The notes below the pieces were generated by a model. The model saw only the letters and a program-made list of their open reading frames with translations, searched no databases and had not been told where the DNA came from. The position numbers and the translations under genes are program-made. This document shows positions 54,216 to 64,000 of a DNA stretch of 64,000 nucleotides, piece by piece. The DNA comes from Escherichia coli (GTDB taxonomy: Bacteria > Pseudomonadota > Gammaproteobacteria > Enterobacterales > Enterobacteriaceae). The DNA lies in the NCBI RefSeq assembly GCF_044324875.1, contig NZ_CP172185.1; one strand, written 5' to 3'. Position 1 is the stretch's first letter, and each line of letters begins with the position of its first letter.

Positions 54216-54247
54216 CTTAAGAAGTTGTTAAGGACTATCTTGTTAAA
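54216..54247 (+). promoter_or_regulatory. Direct repeats CTTAAG-N5-GTTAAG, plus a third GTTAA half-site, upstream of ygiW (PmrA/QseB-box-like)
   Basis: Hexamers at 54216 and 54227 are spaced one helical turn apart and resemble the PmrA-family box CTTAAT-N5-CTTAAT; they lie 35-65 bp upstream of the ygiW ATG in the qseB-ygiW divergent region. Confidence 0.45.
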
Positions 54248-54281
54248 TGCTCGGAAACAGACATTAAAGGGAGTAATAAAC

Positions 54282-54674
54282 ATGAAAAAATTCGCAGCAG
54301 TAATCGCAGTAATGGCCCTGTGCAGCGCACCGGTGATGGCAGCAGAGCAGGGCGGTTTTTCTGGCCCATCGGCAACGCAAAGTCAGGCCGGAGGATTCCA
54401 GGGGCCGAACGGCAGCGTAACGACCGTAGAAAGCGCAAAATCCCTGCGTGACGACACCTGGGTAACCCTGCGCGGCAATATCGTTGAACGCATCTCTGAC
54501 GATCTCTACGTGTTCAAAGATGCCAGCGGTACTATCAATGTTGATATCGACCACAAACGCTGGAACGGCGTGACGGTGACGCCGAAAGATACGGTTGAGA
54601 TTCAGGGTGAAGTCGATAAAGACTGGAATTCTGTTGAAATTGACGTCAAACAGATCCGCAAAGTAAATCCGTAA
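54282..54674 (+). CDS. ygiW: Periplasmic OB-fold (BOF family) stress protein
   Basis: 130-aa protein from the ATG at 54282 (SD AAAGGGAG) with signal peptide MKKFAAVIAVMALCSAPVMA. Confidence 0.88.
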   Translation: MKKFAAVIAVMALCSAPVMAAEQGGFSGPSATQSQAGGFQGPNGSVTTVESAKSLRDDTWVTLRGNIVERISDDLYVFKDASGTINVDIDHKRWNGVTVTPKDTVEIQGEVDKDWNSVEIDVKQIRKVNP

Positions 54675-54726
54675 TTGTTACCGCTCCCGGGACACATTCC
54701 CGGGAATAATTTCGCAGGGAGGCAAA

Positions 54727-55209
54727 ATGACAAACCTGACACTGGATGTAAATATTATCGATTTCCCATCAATCCCTGTGGCGATGTTGCCGCACCGCTG
54801 TAGCCCTGAGTTGCTCAACTACAGCGTGGCGAAATTTATCATGTGGCGTAAAGAGACGGGGCTTTCTCCTGTTAACCAAAGCCAGACTTTTGGCGTCGCC
54901 TGGGATGACCCTGCCACCACCGCACCGGAAGCGTTTCGCTTTGATATCTGCGGCAGCGTTAGCGAACCGATCCCCGATAATCGTTATGGTGTGAGTAATG
55001 GTGAACTTACCGGTGGACGTTATGCTGTGGCCCGCCATGTTGGCGAGCTGGACGATATTTCACACACGATATGGGGCATCATTCGCCACTGGCTACCTGC
55101 AAGCGGCGAGAAAATGCGTAAAGCACCGATTCTGTTTCACTACACCAATCTTGCCGAAGGGATGACAGAGCAGCGACTGGAAACAGATGTTTATGTGCCG
55201 TTGGCGTGA
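54727..55209 (+). CDS. ygiV: GyrI-like small-molecule-binding domain protein (AraC effector-domain type)
   Basis: 160-aa ORF with SD GGGAGG. Confidence 0.85.
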   Translation: MTNLTLDVNIIDFPSIPVAMLPHRCSPELLNYSVAKFIMWRKETGLSPVNQSQTFGVAWDDPATTAPEAFRFDICGSVSEPIPDNRYGVSNGELTGGRYAVARHVGELDDISHTIWGIIRHWLPASGEKMRKAPILFHYTNLAEGMTEQRLETDVYVPLA

Positions 55210-55754
55210 TGAAGAATCTTTACCGGAGTGTGAGCCAAATCACTCGCGATAAGTTTGAGCGAATAATGCCACAGGCGTATTGTTGTTGGGCTTATAATTT
55301 CTCCGGTAAGGAATACCATGTATACGCGAAATTTATTATCCGGTGCGCCGTAAGCCGTCTCGAGGGTACCCATGAGCAGGCCGCACTTATGGCAGGAGGC
55401 GCGGGGCACAGGTGGAGACACTGCTAAGCTGGGCTGAACCGTATACTTACAGACGACTACTTTGATGCTTTAGGCTTCCCTGGACTCGCATAACCTCAAC
55501 TTCTCGAATCGCCCGGTGCGGACCCGCATGCCGAGTGGTGTGGCATGGGCGCAACCTTGTGTTGCCCCCTATGCCGATCAAGTCTACAGCAAAGAGTTGT
55601 ATATCAAGACACATTGATGTCTTTATCGCCGTCGGAGCACGTCCGGCGGCGCTATTCACGCTGATCTCCTGTGACTCGACGCGGCAGATAATGTAGTATC
55701 TCCGGCAATATTGCCCCTTTGAAGGCTGGCGAATAAGTTGAGGAATCAGAATTA

Positions 55755-58013
55755 ATGAGCGATATGGCAGAGCGCCTTGCGCTACATGAATTTACGGAAA
55801 ACGCCTACTTAAACTACTCCATGTACGTGATCATGGACCGCGCGTTGCCGTTTATTGGTGATGGTCTGAAACCTGTTCAGCGCCGCATTGTGTATGCGAT
55901 GTCTGAGCTGGGCCTGAATGCCAGCGCCAAATTTAAAAAATCGGCCCGTACCGTCGGTGACGTACTGGGTAAATACCATCCGCACGGCGATAGCGCTTGT
56001 TATGAAGCGATGGTCCTGATGGCGCAGCCGTTCTCTTACCGTTATCCGCTGGTTGATGGTCAGGGGAACTGGGGCGCGCCGGACGATCCGAAATCGTTCG
56101 CAGCAATGCGTTACACCGAATCCCGGTTGTCGAAATATTCCGAGCTGCTATTGAGCGAGCTGGGGCAGGGGACGGCTGACTGGGTGCCAAACTTCGACGG
56201 CACTTTGCAGGAGCCGAAAATGCTACCTGCCCGTCTGCCAAACATTTTGCTTAACGGCACCACCGGTATTGCCGTCGGCATGGCGACCGATATTCCACCG
56301 CATAACCTGCGTGAAGTGGCTCAGGCGGCAATCGCATTAATCGACCAGCCGAAAACCACGCTCGACCAGCTGCTGGATATCGTGCAGGGGCCGGATTATC
56401 CGACTGAAGCGGAAATTATCACTTCGCGCGCCGAGATCCGTAAAATCTACGAGAACGGACGTGGTTCAGTGCGTATGCGCGCGGTTTGGAAGAAAGAAGA
56501 TGGCGCGGTGGTTATCAGCGCATTGCCGCATCAGGTTTCAGGTGCGCGCGTACTGGAGCAAATTGCTGCGCAAATGCGCAACAAAAAGCTGCCGATGGTT
56601 GACGATCTGCGCGATGAATCTGACCACGAGAACCCGACCCGTCTGGTGATTGTGCCGCGTTCCAACCGCGTGGATATGGATCAGGTGATGAACCACCTCT
56701 TCGCAACCACCGATCTGGAAAAGAGCTATCGTATTAACCTCAATATGATCGGTCTGGATGGTCGTCCGGCGGTGAAAAACCTGCTGGAAATCCTCTCCGA
56801 ATGGCTGGTGTTCCGCCGCGATACCGTGCGCCGCCGACTGAACTATCGTCTGGAGAAAGTCCTCAAGCGCCTGCATATCCTCGAAGGTTTGCTGGTGGCG
56901 TTTCTCAATATCGACGAAGTGATTGAGATCATTCGTAATGAAGATGAACCGAAACCGGCGCTGATGTCGCGGTTTGGCCTTACGGAAACCCAGGCGGAAG
57001 CGATCCTCGAACTGAAACTGCGTCATCTTGCCAAACTGGAAGAGATGAAGATTCGCGGTGAGCAGAGTGAGCTGGAAAAAGAGCGCGACCAGTTGCAGGG
57101 CATTTTGGCTTCCGAGCGTAAAATGAATAACCTGCTGAAGAAAGAACTGCAGGCAGACGCGCAAGCCTACGGTGACGAACGTCGTTCGCCGTTGCAGGAA
57201 CGCGAAGAAGCGAAAGCGATGAGCGAGCACGACATGCTGCCGTCTGAACCTGTCACCATTGTGCTGTCGCAGATGGGCTGGGTACGCAGCGCTAAAGGCC
57301 ATGATATCGACGCGCCGGGCCTGAATTATAAAGCGGGCGATAGCTTCAAAGCGGCGGTGAAAGGTAAGAGCAACCAACCGGTAGTGTTTGTTGATTCCAC
57401 CGGTCGTAGCTATGCCATCGACCCGATTACGCTGCCGTCGGCGCGTGGTCAGGGCGAGCCGCTCACCGGCAAATTAACGTTGCCGCCTGGAGCGACCGTT
57501 GACCATATGCTGATGGAAAGCGACGATCAGAAACTGCTGATGGCTTCCGATGCGGGTTACGGTTTCGTCTGCACCTTTAACGATCTGGTAGCGCGTAACC
57601 GTGCAGGTAAGGCTTTGATCACCTTACCGGAAAATGCCCATGTTATGCCGCCGGTGGTGATTGAAGATGCTTCCGATATGCTGCTGGCAATCACTCAGGT
57701 AGGCCGTATGTTGATGTTCCCGGTAAGCGATCTGCCGCAGCTGTCGAAGGGCAAAGGCAACAAGATTATCAACATTCCATCGGCAGAAGCCGCGCGTGGA
57801 GAAGATGGTCTGGCGCAACTGTACGTTCTGCCGCCGCAAAGCACGCTGACCATTCATGTTGGGAAACGCAAAATTAAACTGCGTCCGGAAGAGCTACAGA
57901 AAGTCACTGGCGAACGTGGACGCCGCGGTACGTTGATGCGCGGTTTGCAGCGTATCGATCGTGTTGAGATCGACTCTCCTCGCCGTGCCAGCAGCGGTGA
58001 TAGCGAAGAGTAA
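55755..58013 (+). CDS. parC: DNA topoisomerase IV subunit A
   Basis: 752-aa ORF with the active-site region ...AAMRYTE... Confidence 0.97.
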
Positions 58014-58246
58014 TATGCCGGGGAGGGCGCTGTTTCCTCCCGCTTGCAAGGAACGCCGGATGAAACGTTAAGTCGTCATCCGGCAGCGTATTCAACCCCC
58101 GGAAACGATAAAAATTCCCTTGAAACCGTTGTTTATTCATGCGTTGCGATTAACAATACGCTTTTCCAGAGAGCGGCTTTTAACAATGCCCTAACCTGAT
58201 TTCAGGTGACGTACAATGCCAGTCTCTCAGACCTTCAGAGGGTGTT

Positions 58247-58984
58247 ATGCTATATATCTTTCGTCTTATTATTACCGTGATTTACAGCATCTTAGTCTGT
58301 GTATTCGGCTCCATTTACTGCCTTTTCAGCCCGCGTAACCCGAAACATGTGGCCACCTTTGGGCATATGTTTGGCCGTCTTGCGCCGCTTTTCGGCCTGA
58401 AAGTGGAGTGCCGCAAACCTGCAGACGCTGAAAGCTACGGCAATGCTATCTATATCGCTAACCACCAGAACAACTATGACATGGTGACAGCATCGAACAT
58501 TGTGCAACCGCCGACGGTGACGGTGGGGAAAAAGAGCTTGCTGTGGATCCCCTTCTTCGGGCAGTTGTACTGGTTAACCGGCAACCTATTGATCGACAGA
58601 AACAATCGCACTAAAGCTCACGGCACTATTGCGGAAGTCGTGAATCACTTCAAAAAACGCCGTATTTCCATCTGGATGTTCCCGGAAGGTACCCGCAGCC
58701 GTGGTCGCGGCCTGCTACCGTTCAAGACCGGGGCATTTCACGCGGCAATTGCGGCGGGCGTCCCGATTATTCCCGTGTGCGTCTCTACAACTTCGAATAA
58801 GATTAATCTTAATCGACTGCACAACGGTCTGGTGATTGTCGAAATGTTGCCGCCAATTGACGTCAGTCAGTATGGCAAAGATCAGGTTCGCGAGTTGGCT
58901 GCCCATTGTCGTTCGATAATGGAACAAAAAATCGCTGAGCTCGATAAAGAAGTCGCAGAGCGCGAAGCCGCCGGAAAAGTTTAA
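58247..58984 (+). CDS. plsC: 1-acyl-sn-glycerol-3-phosphate acyltransferase
   Basis: 245-aa ORF with the NHQN acyltransferase motif (HX4D type) and FPEGTR. Confidence 0.93.
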   Translation: MLYIFRLIITVIYSILVCVFGSIYCLFSPRNPKHVATFGHMFGRLAPLFGLKVECRKPADAESYGNAIYIANHQNNYDMVTASNIVQPPTVTVGKKSLLWIPFFGQLYWLTGNLLIDRNNRTKAHGTIAEVVNHFKKRRISIWMFPEGTRSRGRGLLPFKTGAFHAAIAAGVPIIPVCVSTTSNKINLNRLHNGLVIVEMLPPIDVSQYGKDQVRELAAHCRSIMEQKIAELDKEVAEREAAGKV

Positions 58985-59058
58985 GTCGGCAATCTGTATT
59001 TTTGCGGGGAACACTTTCCTGCACGGTATTACTTTAGCCAGTTTTACATGGAGCAAAT

Positions 59059-60471
59059 ATGTCACTCAGTCGGCGTCAGTTCATTCAGGCATCGGGGATT
59101 GCACTTTGTGCAGGCGCTGTTCCCCTGAAGGCCAGCGCAGCCGGGCAACAGCAACCGCTACCCGTTCCGCCGCTGCTTGAATCTCGCCGTGGGCAACCGC
59201 TGTTTATGACTGTACAACGTGCGCACTGGTCATTTACGCCAGGGACACGCGCGTCGGTTTGGGGAATCAATGGTCGTTACCTGGGGCCGACTATCCGCGT
59301 CTGGAAGGGCGACGATGTTAAGCTTATTTACAGCAACCGCCTGACAGAAAATGTCTCAATGACGGTGGCCGGGCTACAGGTACCTGGCCCGCTGATGGGC
59401 GGTCCGGCACGGATGATGTCGCCAAACGCTGACTGGGCACCCGTACTGCCTATTCGCCAGAACGCAGCTACTCTGTGGTATCACGCCAATACTCCCAACC
59501 GCACGGCTCAGCAGGTCTATAACGGCCTTGCCGGAATGTGGCTGGTGGAAGATGAAGTCAGCAAGTCGCTGCCTATCCCCAACCATTATGGTGTGGATGA
59601 TTTTCCGGTCATTATTCAGGATAAACGGCTGGATAACTTTGGTACGCCAGAATACAACGAACCGGGAAGCGGCGGCTTTGTTGGTGATACGCTGCTGGTT
59701 AACGGTGTACAAAGCCCGTACGTTGAAGTCTCGCGTGGCTGGGTGCGCTTGCGTCTGTTGAACGCGTCGAACTCTCGTCGCTATCAACTACAGATGAGCG
59801 ATGGTCGCCCGTTACATGTGATTTCTGGCGATCAGGGATTCCTGCCCGCTCCTGTATCGGTGAAGCAACTTTCGCTGGCACCGGGCGAGCGTCGTGAGAT
59901 TCTGGTGGATATGAGCAACGGTGATGAAGTGTCGATCACCTGTGGCGAAGCGGCGAGCATTGTTGATCGTATTCGTGGCTTCTTTGAGCCATCCAGCATT
60001 CTGGTTTCTACGCTGGTGCTAACGCTGCGCCCAACCGGCCTTCTGCCGCTGGTCACAGACAGTCTTCCGATGCGCTTGCTGCCAACTGAAATCATGGCTG
60101 GTTCGCCGATTCGCAGTCGTGATATCAGTCTGGGTGATGACCCGGGTATTAATGGACAACTGTGGGACGTTAACCGTATTGATGTCACCGCGCAGCAAGG
60201 AACGTGGGAACGCTGGACGGTACGCGCGGACGAGCCGCAAGCGTTCCATATTGAAGGTGTGATGTTCCAGATCCGTAACGTGAATGGCGCGATGCCGTTC
60301 CCGGAAGACAGAGGCTGGAAAGATACCGTTTGGGTTGACGGACAAGTGGAGCTGCTTGTTTATTTCGGTCAGCCTTCCTGGGCGCACTTCCCGTTCTACT
60401 TCAACAGTCAGACGCTGGAAATGGCGGACCGTGGCTCGATAGGGCAACTGTTGGTCAATCCGGTACCGTAA
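59059..60471 (+). CDS. ftsP: Tat-exported cell-division protein FtsP (multicopper-oxidase fold)
   Basis: 470-aa ORF with twin-arginine signal MSLSRRQFIQASGIALCAGAVPLKASA. Confidence 0.93.
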   Translation: MSLSRRQFIQASGIALCAGAVPLKASAAGQQQPLPVPPLLESRRGQPLFMTVQRAHWSFTPGTRASVWGINGRYLGPTIRVWKGDDVKLIYSNRLTENVSMTVAGLQVPGPLMGGPARMMSPNADWAPVLPIRQNAATLWYHANTPNRTAQQVYNGLAGMWLVEDEVSKSLPIPNHYGVDDFPVIIQDKRLDNFGTPEYNEPGSGGFVGDTLLVNGVQSPYVEVSRGWVRLRLLNASNSRRYQLQMSDGRPLHVISGDQGFLPAPVSVKQLSLAPGERREILVDMSNGDEVSITCGEAASIVDRIRGFFEPSSILVSTLVLTLRPTGLLPLVTDSLPMRLLPTEIMAGSPIRSRDISLGDDPGINGQLWDVNRIDVTAQQGTWERWTVRADEPQAFHIEGVMFQIRNVNGAMPFPEDRGWKDTVWVDGQVELLVYFGQPSWAHFPFYFNSQTLEMADRGSIGQLLVNPVP

Positions 60472-60581
60472 TCTTCATACTCGCCCGAGGAGGGCGAGTA
60501 TGGAATACCTTTCGATTTCTCTTTCGTTCCGGCTTATAATCCCCGGCCTTTGATTATTTTTTTATCATTTCTGGAAGCAAA

Positions 60582-62801
60582 ATGAGCTCTATCTCCCTGA
60601 TCCAACCGGATCGCGACCTGTTCTCCTGGCCGCAGTACTGGGCCGCCTGTTTTGGACCGGCACCGTTTTTGCCGATGTCTCGTGAAGAGATGGATCAACT
60701 TGGCTGGGATAGCTGCGACATCATTTTGGTTACTGGCGACGCGTATGTCGATCACCCAAGCTTCGGGATGGCGATTTGCGGTCGTATGCTGGAAGCGCAG
60801 GGCTTTCGTGTCGGGATCATTGCCCAACCGGACTGGAGCAGCAAAGACGACTTTATGCGTCTGGGTAAACCGAATCTGTTTTTCGGTGTTACTGCTGGCA
60901 ACATGGACTCGATGATCAACCGCTATACCGCCGATCGCCGTTTACGTCATGACGATGCCTACACACCGGATAACGTCGCGGGTAAGCGCCCGGATCGCGC
61001 CACGCTAGTTTATACCCAGCGTTGTAAAGAGGCGTGGAAAGATGTGCCGGTGATCCTCGGCGGTATTGAGGCTAGTCTGCGCCGTACCGCGCATTATGAT
61101 TACTGGTCCGATACCGTGCGCCGTTCCGTGCTGGTGGATTCGAAAGCCGACATGCTGATGTTCGGTAACGGTGAGCGTCCGCTGGTGGAAGTGGCGCATC
61201 GTCTGGCGATGGGCGAGCCGATTAGTGAAATCCGCGATGTGCGTAATACCGCGATTATCGTAAAAGAGGCGTTGCCAGGCTGGAGCGGTGTGGATTCCAC
61301 CCGTCTTGATACCCCAGGGAAAATCGACCCAATCCCGCATCCGTATGGCGAAGATTTGCCCTGTGCGGATAACAAACCGGTGGCCCCGAAAAAGCAGGAA
61401 GCCAAAGCCGTAACCGTGCAGCCGCCGCGCCCGAAACCGTGGGAAAAAACCTACGTATTGCTGCCTTCTTTCGAGAAAGTGAAGGGCGATAAAGTGCTGT
61501 ACGCCCATGCTTCGCGTATTCTGCACCACGAAACCAACCCTGGCTGCGCCCGCGCATTGATGCAAAAACACGGCGACCGCTATGTGTGGATCAACCCGCC
61601 TGCTATCCCGCTTTCTACCGAAGAGATGGACAGCGTTTTTGCGCTGCCGTACAAGCGCGTGCCGCATCCGGCCTATGGCAATGCTCGTATTCCGGCTTAC
61701 GAAATGATCCGTTTCTCGGTCAACATTATGCGTGGCTGCTTTGGTGGCTGTTCTTTCTGTTCTATTACCGAGCATGAAGGGCGCATTATTCAGAGCCGTT
61801 CGGAAGATTCGATCATCAATGAGATCGAAGCGATCCGCGACACCGTTCCAGGTTTTACGGGCGTAATTTCCGATCTCGGTGGGCCAACTGCCAACATGTA
61901 TATGTTGCGCTGCAAATCGCCACGCGCTGAGCAAACCTGCCGTCGTTTGTCGTGCGTTTATCCGGATATTTGTCCGCACATGGACACGAACCACGAACCA
62001 ACGATCAACCTCTATCGCCGTGCGCGTGATCTGAAAGGCATTAAAAAGATCCTGATTGCCTCTGGTGTGCGTTATGACATCGCCGTGGAAGATCCGCGCT
62101 ATATCAAAGAACTGGCGACCCATCACGTCGGCGGTTATCTGAAGATTGCCCCGGAACATACCGAAGAAGGGCCGTTATCGAAGATGATGAAGCCGGGCAT
62201 GGGCAGCTATGATCGCTTTAAAGAGCTGTTCGATACCTACTCGAAACAGGCAGGTAAAGAGCAGTATTTGATCCCGTATTTCATCTCGGCACACCCCGGT
62301 ACGCGCGATGAAGATATGGTGAATCTGGCGCTGTGGCTGAAAAAGCACCGCTTCCGCCTCGACCAGGTACAGAACTTCTACCCGTCGCCGCTGGCTAACT
62401 CGACCACTATGTATTACACCGGCAAAAACCCGCTGGCGAAGATTGGTTATAAAAGTGAAGACGTCTTTGTACCGAAGGGCGACAAGCAGCGTCGCCTGCA
62501 TAAAGCGTTGTTGCGTTACCACGATCCGGCAAACTGGCCGTTAATCCGCCAGGCGCTAGAAGCGATGGGCAAAAAGCATCTGATTGGCAGCCGTCGCGAT
62601 TGCTTAGTGCCTGCGCCAACCATTGAAGAGATGCGTGAGGCTCGTCGCCAGAACCGCAATACCCGTCCGGCGTTGACTAAACATACGCCGATGGCGACCC
62701 AGCGTCAGACGCCTGCTACGGCAAAAAAAGCGTCGTCTACGCAATCTCGTCCGGTGAATGCTGGTGTGAAGAAACGCCCTAAAGCGGCGGTTGGACGTTA
62801 A
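60582..62801 (+). CDS. ygiQ: Radical SAM superfamily protein (UPF0313)
   Basis: 739-aa ORF with the Cys-rich radical SAM region CFGGCSFCS and a basic C-terminal tail. Confidence 0.9.
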   Translation: MSSISLIQPDRDLFSWPQYWAACFGPAPFLPMSREEMDQLGWDSCDIILVTGDAYVDHPSFGMAICGRMLEAQGFRVGIIAQPDWSSKDDFMRLGKPNLFFGVTAGNMDSMINRYTADRRLRHDDAYTPDNVAGKRPDRATLVYTQRCKEAWKDVPVILGGIEASLRRTAHYDYWSDTVRRSVLVDSKADMLMFGNGERPLVEVAHRLAMGEPISEIRDVRNTAIIVKEALPGWSGVDSTRLDTPGKIDPIPHPYGEDLPCADNKPVAPKKQEAKAVTVQPPRPKPWEKTYVLLPSFEKVKGDKVLYAHASRILHHETNPGCARALMQKHGDRYVWINPPAIPLSTEEMDSVFALPYKRVPHPAYGNARIPAYEMIRFSVNIMRGCFGGCSFCSITEHEGRIIQSRSEDSIINEIEAIRDTVPGFTGVISDLGGPTANMYMLRCKSPRAEQTCRRLSCVYPDICPHMDTNHEPTINLYRRARDLKGIKKILIASGVRYDIAVEDPRYIKELATHHVGGYLKIAPEHTEEGPLSKMMKPGMGSYDRFKELFDTYSKQAGKEQYLIPYFISAHPGTRDEDMVNLALWLKKHRFRLDQVQNFYPSPLANSTTMYYTGKNPLAKIGYKSEDVFVPKGDKQRRLHKALLRYHDPANWPLIRQALEAMGKKHLIGSRRDCLVPAPTIEEMREARRQNRNTRPALTKHTPMATQRQTPATAKKASSTQSRPVNAGVKKRPKAAVGR

Positions 62802-62804
62802 AAA

Positions 62805-62842
62805 ATATCCCCGGTAACAGAATGCTACCGGGAATTTTTTTA
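62805..62842. terminator. Bidirectional rho-independent terminator between ygiQ and yqhH
   Basis: CCCGGTA / TACCGGG stem then AATTTTTTT. Confidence 0.8.
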
Positions 62843-63100
62843 TCATTCTGCGTACATACGCAAGCAGCGCAGGCAATCAAAATAGTCCTGAGCATCAAGA
62901 CGCGTATTGGCTCTGTTAGCGTCGGATTTGGCAGCATAGATTTGTGGGCGTAATGCTTTCATATCCTGCTCAAGCCGGGCGATTTTGGCATTTAATGTTT
63001 GCACATTGCTCGCCAGCTGATTGACCTTTTGCTCATTGACGCAGCCACTGAGCAAGCAGGTTGCCAGAACAACAGCTCCCACGGTGAAAATCGTTTTCAT
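62843..63100 (-). CDS. yqhH: Lpp-paralogue lipoprotein
   Basis: 85-aa ORF with signal peptide and lipobox LSGC followed by a coiled coil ([24 protein letters not shown]...). Confidence 0.85.
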   Translation of the reverse strand: MKTIFTVGAVVLATCLLSGCVNEQKVNQLASNVQTLNAKIARLEQDMKALRPQIYAAKSDANRANTRLDAQDYFDCLRCLRMYAE

Positions 63101-63150
63101 ATAGTGTTCCCTTTTATTTATTGTTCCGGCTAATTGTTATTTAATTCAGC

Positions 63151-64000
63151 TCATTGCTTTAATCTGGCGGCGGTTTTTGCCTCAATTTGCTTAAGTAGGC
63201 TGCCGCTGTTCGGGCGGATAAAATCAGCGATTTCCCACTTACCTTCGCGCCGCTGTAAAATCAGTTCTTGCTCTTCGTTGTTGCCATTGGTCAGCGTAAA
63301 ACGAACATGAATGCGGGCGGAATCGGCGGTTTTCTCCAGGACACGGATTTCATCAACGCGTGAAAATAGCGACTCTTCGCCAAAACAGATCGGATTGTCG
63401 TAAATAAATTGCCGTTCTATTTGCATATCTTCATCGGGATTGTTGGCAGTCTTGAAGGTGGTTTTATAGAAGGCATTGACCGCCTGGCGGTAAGAGTCGG
63501 AAACCACCCACGTCCACGGCCAGCTATAATCAGCAATATGTTCAAAGAGTTCGGCAACAAAGGCTTCCGGCTGTTCTTTTTGCAACGAAGCTATAGCGGC
63601 CAGCGTTTTTTCATTCTCGCTATTAACTGCTTGTAAGACGCTGCCATGATTGCTGACAATATCGTCAATGACCCAACGACCATTTTCCGCCACCATTTTC
63701 AGTGTCTGTGTGGTCTTTTCTTTATCGTCTTTAAAGATACGAAAGCGCACAACGGCATCGGCATGATCGGCGTCAGGTTGGGTTATCGCTACGCTTTCTA
63801 ACACCAGATCGCCAAAATCCTGACAATCACAAACCGGATCATAATCCAGCCAGCCAATATTGCCCGGTAGTGTAAGATTATCGTTCAGGGTAAGCGCCTG
63901 TTGAATACGCGCTGAAGTTATCGCCCGCTCTCCGGTTTCACCGAAATAAGGCGTACTGGCATCTGATTTATAGTTCTGATAAATCTGCCGGACTGTTTGT
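63151..64000 (-). CDS. yqhG: DUF3828 protein, 5' end outside the window
   Basis: Minus-strand frame is open from the stop at 63151 to the window edge; the track ORF (63151-63804) starts at an internal GTG. Gene symbol from recalled synteny, upstream of yqhH. Confidence 0.7.
   Translation of the reverse strand, partial: QTVRQIYQNYKSDASTPYFGETGERAITSARIQQALTLNDNLTLPGNIGWLDYDPVCDCQDFGDLVLESVAITQPDADHADAVVRFRIFKDDKEKTTQTLKMVAENGRWVIDDIVSNHGSVLQAVNSENEKTLAAIASLQKEQPEAFVAELFEHIADYSWPWTWVVSDSYRQAVNAFYKTTFKTANNPDEDMQIERQFIYDNPICFGEESLFSRVDEIRVLEKTADSARIHVRFTLTNGNNEEQELILQRREGKWEIADFIRPNSGSLLKQIEAKTAARLKQ

Noticed and set aside
56538-57377. 279-aa minus-strand ORF inside parC
   Set aside because: Antisense to a highly conserved essential gene; no SD and no domain-like sequence.
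61005-62159. 384-aa minus-strand ORF inside ygiQ
   Set aside because: Antisense frame of the radical SAM gene; Arg/His-rich low-complexity translation, no start context.

Overview
This window reads as a contiguous stretch of Escherichia coli chromosome, in reverse orientation relative to the K-12 map as I recall it: patA-aer-yqjI-yqjH-ileX-mug-rpoD-dnaG-rpsU-tsaD-ttdTBA/ttdR-plsY-folB-uppP-cca-ygiM-ygiF-glnE-hldE-(sib/ibs)-yqiKJ-glgS-ubiK-ribB-zupT-ygiD-...-ygiCB-tolC-nudF-yqiB-cpdA-yqiA-parE-...-ygiN-mdaB-qseCB-ygiW-ygiV-parC-plsC-ftsP-ygiQ-yqhH-yqhG. Gene identities were assigned by reading the supplied ORF translations and the nucleotide sequence against remembered protein families; no database search was run. 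Most of the window is well-characterised core genome, so I did not find a convincingly undescribed system. The parts that deserve a second look are: (1) two tandem ~375-bp repeat units between hldE and yqiK, each with a 19-codon hydrophobic ORF fully overlapped by a convergent hairpin-terminated transcript (Ibs/Sib-type type I toxin-antitoxin); (2) a six-gene block between parE and ygiN, which from memory is not in K-12, encoding a TonB-dependent receptor divergent from a translationally coupled ABC importer that ends in an RpiR/SIS-family regulator; (3) the assT-dsbL-dsbI block between ygiD and ygiC with a ~480-bp very AT-rich upstream region; (4) what appear to be absences relative to K-12 (ygiZ, and ygiS-mqsA-mqsR upstream of parC), leaving a palindrome-rich 109-bp spacer and an unassigned 545-bp spacer. 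RNA and regulatory elements legible from sequence include the tRNA ileX, an FMN riboswitch in the ribB leader, a sigma-28-type promoter for aer, a mar/sox/rob box upstream of tolC, perfect palindromes in the yqjI-yqjH intergenic region, REP/BIME repeats and several hairpin terminators. No CRISPR array, IS element, integrase or prophage gene was seen.
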